In this document: one piece after another, positions 38,833 to 42,368 of the stretch
Position numbering within the stretch: the stretch's first letter is position 1
Layout: every line of letters starts with the position of its first letter
Assembly: GCA_046761145.1 (NCBI GenBank)
Contig: JBHIFP010000002.1
Coordinates: 1-42,368, forward strand
Length of the DNA stretch: 42,368 bases
Direction of reading: 5' to 3'
Origin: Candidatus Hydrothermarchaeales archaeon
GTDB lineage: Archaea > Hydrothermarchaeota > Hydrothermarchaeia > Hydrothermarchaeales > SZUA-236
Notes under the pieces: generated by a model
Database searches by the model: none
Told to the model about the DNA's origin: nothing
Seen by the model: the letters and a program-made list of their open reading frames with translations, nothing else
Position numbers and translations under genes: made by a program

Positions 38833-40863
38833 ATGAATCCGAAGAAACGTCATAAGGGGGGTGCATATCTCAAAAAAATCATTGCATTCATCATAATCAC
38901 TGTTATCCTCATCGCCAATTCCAACACGATTCATGCATCTCCCCAGAATCACGTCTGGGTCGATTTTGCGGGAATTTGGCAAATCGATGCCGATTCGAAC
39001 GAGATCGAGAGTGGAGAGTATACGGCAATCAAGTATTTTAGATTTGGCTTTCATAACTCCCCCGATGATTCGAGGGAAATGGTCAAAGAGATCAGACTCA
39101 TTTTTAGACCAGCTGAAGGTGTGAAGATCGAAGATGCCGATGCCTATCCAAACCTCAAGTTTCAATCGACCGATCCATATATAATAGTCTGTAAAAATCT
39201 AGAAGAATTTGATGGCTGTGGAATGAATTTTCGAACGAATATCGAGGAAAAGATCAAACTTCCATTTTCGATCAAAAGAGAAGCAGATTTCACGTACTTT
39301 GAAACCGTCGGAACCCAGATAATGACGATCAGACTAATCCCGGAATCGAGTTTTGTCGGTGCAGATGTGGGTATAGAGGCACGGTCTACTCCCGATGCAG
39401 ATGTCGAGGTTTTGTCCACGTCGATGAAATACAATCCCGAGGTGAGGGAAAACCGCGTTGATTTCCATCTAGATAACCTCCAGGCGGGGAAAGAGTACAT
39501 ATTCAAGGTCGAACTTCAGATCACGCCAAAAAAAGGAAAGGTGTCCTTTCTCCCTCAATTCAATGTCAATATTTACGAAGCTAGCAAAAGGGCCGATGAT
39601 ATAACTCCCAAAAGTGTATCTGTGAAAACCAAGTTCGGGGCTTCAGAAGCGATATCGTCAGAAGAACTAGCTTTCGATGCGGCAAAAAGAGGAGGTTTTT
39701 CTGTAAATTTTCGTCAAATATCCATGCCCACCAAAATTCTGGTGGAAAGGCCCACCGTTGCTCCAGAACCAGTCGTAGAACCTTTGGAAGCTACTCCAGC
39801 GCCAACCGGAGAACCGACACGAGTTACACAACCCCCGACGTTAGCGCCTCGGGAGGAGGTGGTCGACGGCGATGGCGATGGGTGGAGCGACGAGCTGGAG
39901 AAGAGGATAGGAACCAATCCATTTAACAAGGATACTGATGGCGACGGAGTTATAGACTCAGAAGATCCAAACCCATTGAAATTCGGGGCAGAGAGGGGGG
40001 TAGATTCAGACGGCGATGGATGGAGCGACGAGCTGGAGAAAAAGGCCGGGACCAATCCATTTAACAAGGATACAGATGGCGATGGGTTATGGGATTCTAA
40101 GGATCCAAACCCACTGGCGCCAGAAGGAGAGAAGAAAGAAATCGACTGGGAACAAGTTGGTGTCGTCCTTGTGGTTATGGGTGCTGGAGTTGGATGGTTC
40201 TTGTCGCGAAGAAAGCGGAGTCGCGTAAAGAAACTGTTGGACAATATCGACGAAACATATGCCAGTTTCAAGATGAATGCACGGAGATGCGAGGCAGAGC
40301 TCTACAGACACAGAGACATCGCCTTGGATCACCTCAAGAGAGGCAAGATAGATGATCAAAGCTACGCCATCTTGGACAAGCGAATAGACGATTACTTGGG
40401 TGAAATAAGAGAGCGGATCATGGAGGAGAGATTTGGAGAAGTCCCTGCTCGACTTAAGGACGAGGTCCGTCGAATGCTTCAAGATGGAGAGATAAGCGAG
40501 GACGAGTTCGAGGCATTTGAAAACATTTTAGGGAAATCGAAGGGGATCGGCAGGAAAGAGAAATCGGACCTGAGGGAACTCTTTGGAAAGTGGAAAGAGG
40601 AGGACAAGATAAGCAGTTATTCCGTCCTCGACAAATACGTCGACGAGTACCTCAGGGATATCGGCAAGGTGAAGGGCACAATATCCGGTGAAGAACTCAA
40701 AGTAGAGATAGATAAAATCCTAGAGGACAGGGTGGTCACCCAGGAGGAGTTTGAGGAGTTCTCCGAGATGTTGGAGAGATCTGATTTGAGCGAAGGAGAG
40801 AAAGAGAGGTTGAAGAAGAAGTTGAAGAAGATAAGGGACTTGACCAGTGGACCGAAAAGTTAG
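38833..40863 (+). CDS. Single-pass membrane protein: extracellular beta domain, P/T linker, two Ca-binding TSP3-like repeats, TM helix, cytoplasmic helical tail
   Basis: Signal-like KKIIAFIIITVILIA; DGDGWSDELE..GTNP.NKDTDGDG twice; TM VGVVLVVMGAGVGWFL then RRKRSR; start uncertain. Confidence 0.78.
   Translation: MNPKKRHKGGAYLKKIIAFIIITVILIANSNTIHASPQNHVWVDFAGIWQIDADSNEIESGEYTAIKYFRFGFHNSPDDSREMVKEIRLIFRPAEGVKIEDADAYPNLKFQSTDPYIIVCKNLEEFDGCGMNFRTNIEEKIKLPFSIKREADFTYFETVGTQIMTIRLIPESSFVGADVGIEARSTPDADVEVLSTSMKYNPEVRENRVDFHLDNLQAGKEYIFKVELQITPKKGKVSFLPQFNVNIYEASKRADDITPKSVSVKTKFGASEAISSEELAFDAAKRGGFSVNFRQISMPTKILVERPTVAPEPVVEPLEATPAPTGEPTRVTQPPTLAPREEVVDGDGDGWSDELEKRIGTNPFNKDTDGDGVIDSEDPNPLKFGAERGVDSDGDGWSDELEKKAGTNPFNKDTDGDGLWDSKDPNPLAPEGEKKEIDWEQVGVVLVVMGAGVGWFLSRRKRSRVKKLLDNIDETYASFKMNARRCEAELYRHRDIALDHLKRGKIDDQSYAILDKRIDDYLGEIRERIMEERFGEVPARLKDEVRRMLQDGEISEDEFEAFENILGKSKGIGRKEKSDLRELFGKWKEEDKISSYSVLDKYVDEYLRDIGKVKGTISGEELKVEIDKILEDRVVTQEEFEEFSEMLERSDLSEGEKERLKKKLKKIRDLTSGPKS
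39862..40116 (+). repeat. Intragenic tandem duplication, 138-bp period
   Basis: 39862-39978 and 40000-40116 share TGGAGCGACGAGCTGGAGAA and ACCAATCCATTTAACAAGGATAC exactly. Confidence 0.9.
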
Positions 40864-40917
40864 CCGAAGATAACCATAAATCGATATTTTGAGATAAAAA
40901 ATTTTTGAGGTGTGGTC

Positions 40918-41718
40918 ATGCTCACAAAGAGGATCATTCCTTGCTTGGACGTGGAAGATGGTAGGGTAGTTAAGGGCGTCCACTTTGTAAATCGGAGGGA
41001 TGCCGGGGATCCGGTCGAGCTCGCGAGGATGTACGACGAGCAAGGCGCTGACGAGGTCGTCTTTCTGGACATAAGCGCATCTCCGAGGGGGCACAAGACG
41101 ACGTTGAAAGTTGTAGAAAAGACCGCCGATCAGGTCTTCATACCCCTCACCGTCGGAGGGGGCATTAGATCGATAAAAGACATGCGAAATGTGCTGAAGG
41201 CCGGTGCGGACAAGGTGGGTATAAACACCGCGGCGGTCAGAGATCCAGCGATCATCAGAGAAGGCGCGCGCAAGTTCGGTTCCCAGTGCGTAGTCTCTGC
41301 AATAGATGCAAAACGAATCTATGAGGAGAGGGAGGACCGGATCATGGTAGAGACCACAAAGGGCAGGTGTTGGTTCGAGGTCTACATATATGGCGGTCGA
41401 ACTCCCACCGGCATCGACGCAATAGCGTGGGGCATCGAGGTAGAGGAACTTGGGGCAGGCGAAATATTACTGACAAGCATGGATGCGGACGGAACGAAGA
41501 AGGGCTTCGATCTGGAGCTTACAAGAACCTTTTCCGAAAAGACCAACATACCGATAATCGCATCTGGAGGGGCGGGCAACATGGAGCACTTTTACGATGC
41601 CTTTACCGAAGGCAAAGCCGATGCAGCACTGGCAGCCTCTATCTTCCATTACAAAGAGTACACCGTTGGAAACGTGAAGGAGTACCTCAAGAAGAGGGGG
41701 GTAGCCGTAAGGGTCTAA
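40918..41718 (+). CDS. hisF: Imidazole glycerol phosphate synthase cyclase subunit
   Basis: [58 protein letters not shown]. Confidence 0.97.
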   Translation: MLTKRIIPCLDVEDGRVVKGVHFVNRRDAGDPVELARMYDEQGADEVVFLDISASPRGHKTTLKVVEKTADQVFIPLTVGGGIRSIKDMRNVLKAGADKVGINTAAVRDPAIIREGARKFGSQCVVSAIDAKRIYEEREDRIMVETTKGRCWFEVYIYGGRTPTGIDAIAWGIEVEELGAGEILLTSMDADGTKKGFDLELTRTFSEKTNIPIIASGGAGNMEHFYDAFTEGKADAALAASIFHYKEYTVGNVKEYLKKRGVAVRV

Positions 41719-41719
41719 A

Positions 41720-41832
41720 ATGAAGCCGAGGATAGCCATTGTAGATTACGGAGTTGCAAATCTGCAGAGTCTCTATCGCGCCTTGGAGCACAATGAAGTA
41801 GAGCCCCCACCATAACCGAAAATAAAAAAGGG
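41720..41832 (+). pseudogene. hisH: Truncated, frameshifted hisH 5' remnant
   Basis: MKPRIAIVDYGVANLQSLYRALE is the HisH N-terminal motif, 1 bp after hisF; stop at 41813-41815 after a C run; no PGVG or GICLG follows. Confidence 0.8.
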
Positions 41833-41904
41833 CAACTTTATCTATATCATCAGTTGCCCCAACTCAATTTTCTGTTCACTTACAGGGCAGGTGGGTAGTT
41901 TTTA

Positions 41905-42108
41905 TTACTTCTGTCCTGGTGGACATTTTGGTTTCATCTGATGGTGCGGGCACTTGGACATCGCGCCTGGCGACTTCGCCATCGCAAGCGGGCATTGGCC
42001 AGCCGGATTATTGTTGTTGGTGTCAGCCAAGACCGGAGCAGTTCCAACGGCTACGAATGCCAGCCCCAAGACCAACAGTACGACCAAAACGATCGCCGAT
42101 CTCTTCAT
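41905..42108 (-). CDS. Small secreted protein with three Cys-Pro motifs
   Basis: Signal peptide ..APVLA; QCPL, KCPHH, KCPP; RBS GGAGGTGA. Confidence 0.7.
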   Translation of the reverse strand: MKRSAIVLVVLLVLGLAFVAVGTAPVLADTNNNNPAGQCPLAMAKSPGAMSKCPHHQMKPKCPPGQK

Positions 42109-42168
42109 TCACACTCACCTCCTTTATTCAGATAAATCCTACTTTGGAAGAATGTTTTCTCAGATCAT

Positions 42169-42368
42169 TTAAACGTGACAATCGAAGCAGTCGTCGTGAC
42201 TACTTATGTGCGCCGAAATCGCCATGACGTCCCTTTTCTTTCCAGAGCCATGACATTTGCCGCAATACAATGTCTTTTCCTCCTTTCCCTTCTGCATGCC
42301 GCCTTTGTGGCATTCGAAGCACTTGTTTGGGTCAATATCTTTTGTTGGAATCTCCACATACCTTACTC
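42169..42368 (-). CDS. Multiheme cytochrome c, 3' part (5' end outside the window)
   Basis: Three CxxCH motifs (CFECH, CGKCH, CFDCH); frame open to the window edge. Confidence 0.85.
   Translation of the reverse strand, partial: VRYVEIPTKDIDPNKCFECHKGGMQKGKEEKTLYCGKCHGSGKKRDVMAISAHISSHDDCFDCHV

Noticed and set aside
39862-40116. Possible CRISPR-like repeats
   Set aside because: Only two copies, in frame, encoding protein repeats; no spacer array or cas genes anywhere in the window

Overview
Archaeal chromosomal window of an anaerobic, euryarchaeal-type organism. The gene set resembles Ca. Hydrothermarchaeota, but that assignment is inference only. Most of it is housekeeping and metabolism: HTH-ribK plus ribB, ilvE, hdrA-mvhD, two prenyltransferases, tatC/tatA/tatA, a glycogen cluster (GH57, GT4, NDP-sugar pyrophosphorylase), purF, tRNA-Ala(GGC), valS, CBS proteins, pyrC, mtnA and hisF. 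Two mobile elements can be delimited to the base. One is a tnpB-only IS200/IS605 element (11358-12648) inserted into the last codons of tatC without changing the protein. The other is a 146-bp IS5-like MITE with a 9-bp target duplication (29804-29949). The best candidate for an undescribed system is a tightly coupled operon (34973-38559): small helical protein, type IV pilus/archaellum-type ATPase, a TBP-like/V4R fusion, and a cytoplasmic IFT52/GldG-like (GIFT) protein. It contains no pilin or platform gene and is followed by a membrane-anchored Ca-binding-repeat protein. Also present are a truncated hisH remnant and a multiheme cytochrome c running off the right edge. All family calls come from motif recognition by eye; no searches were run.
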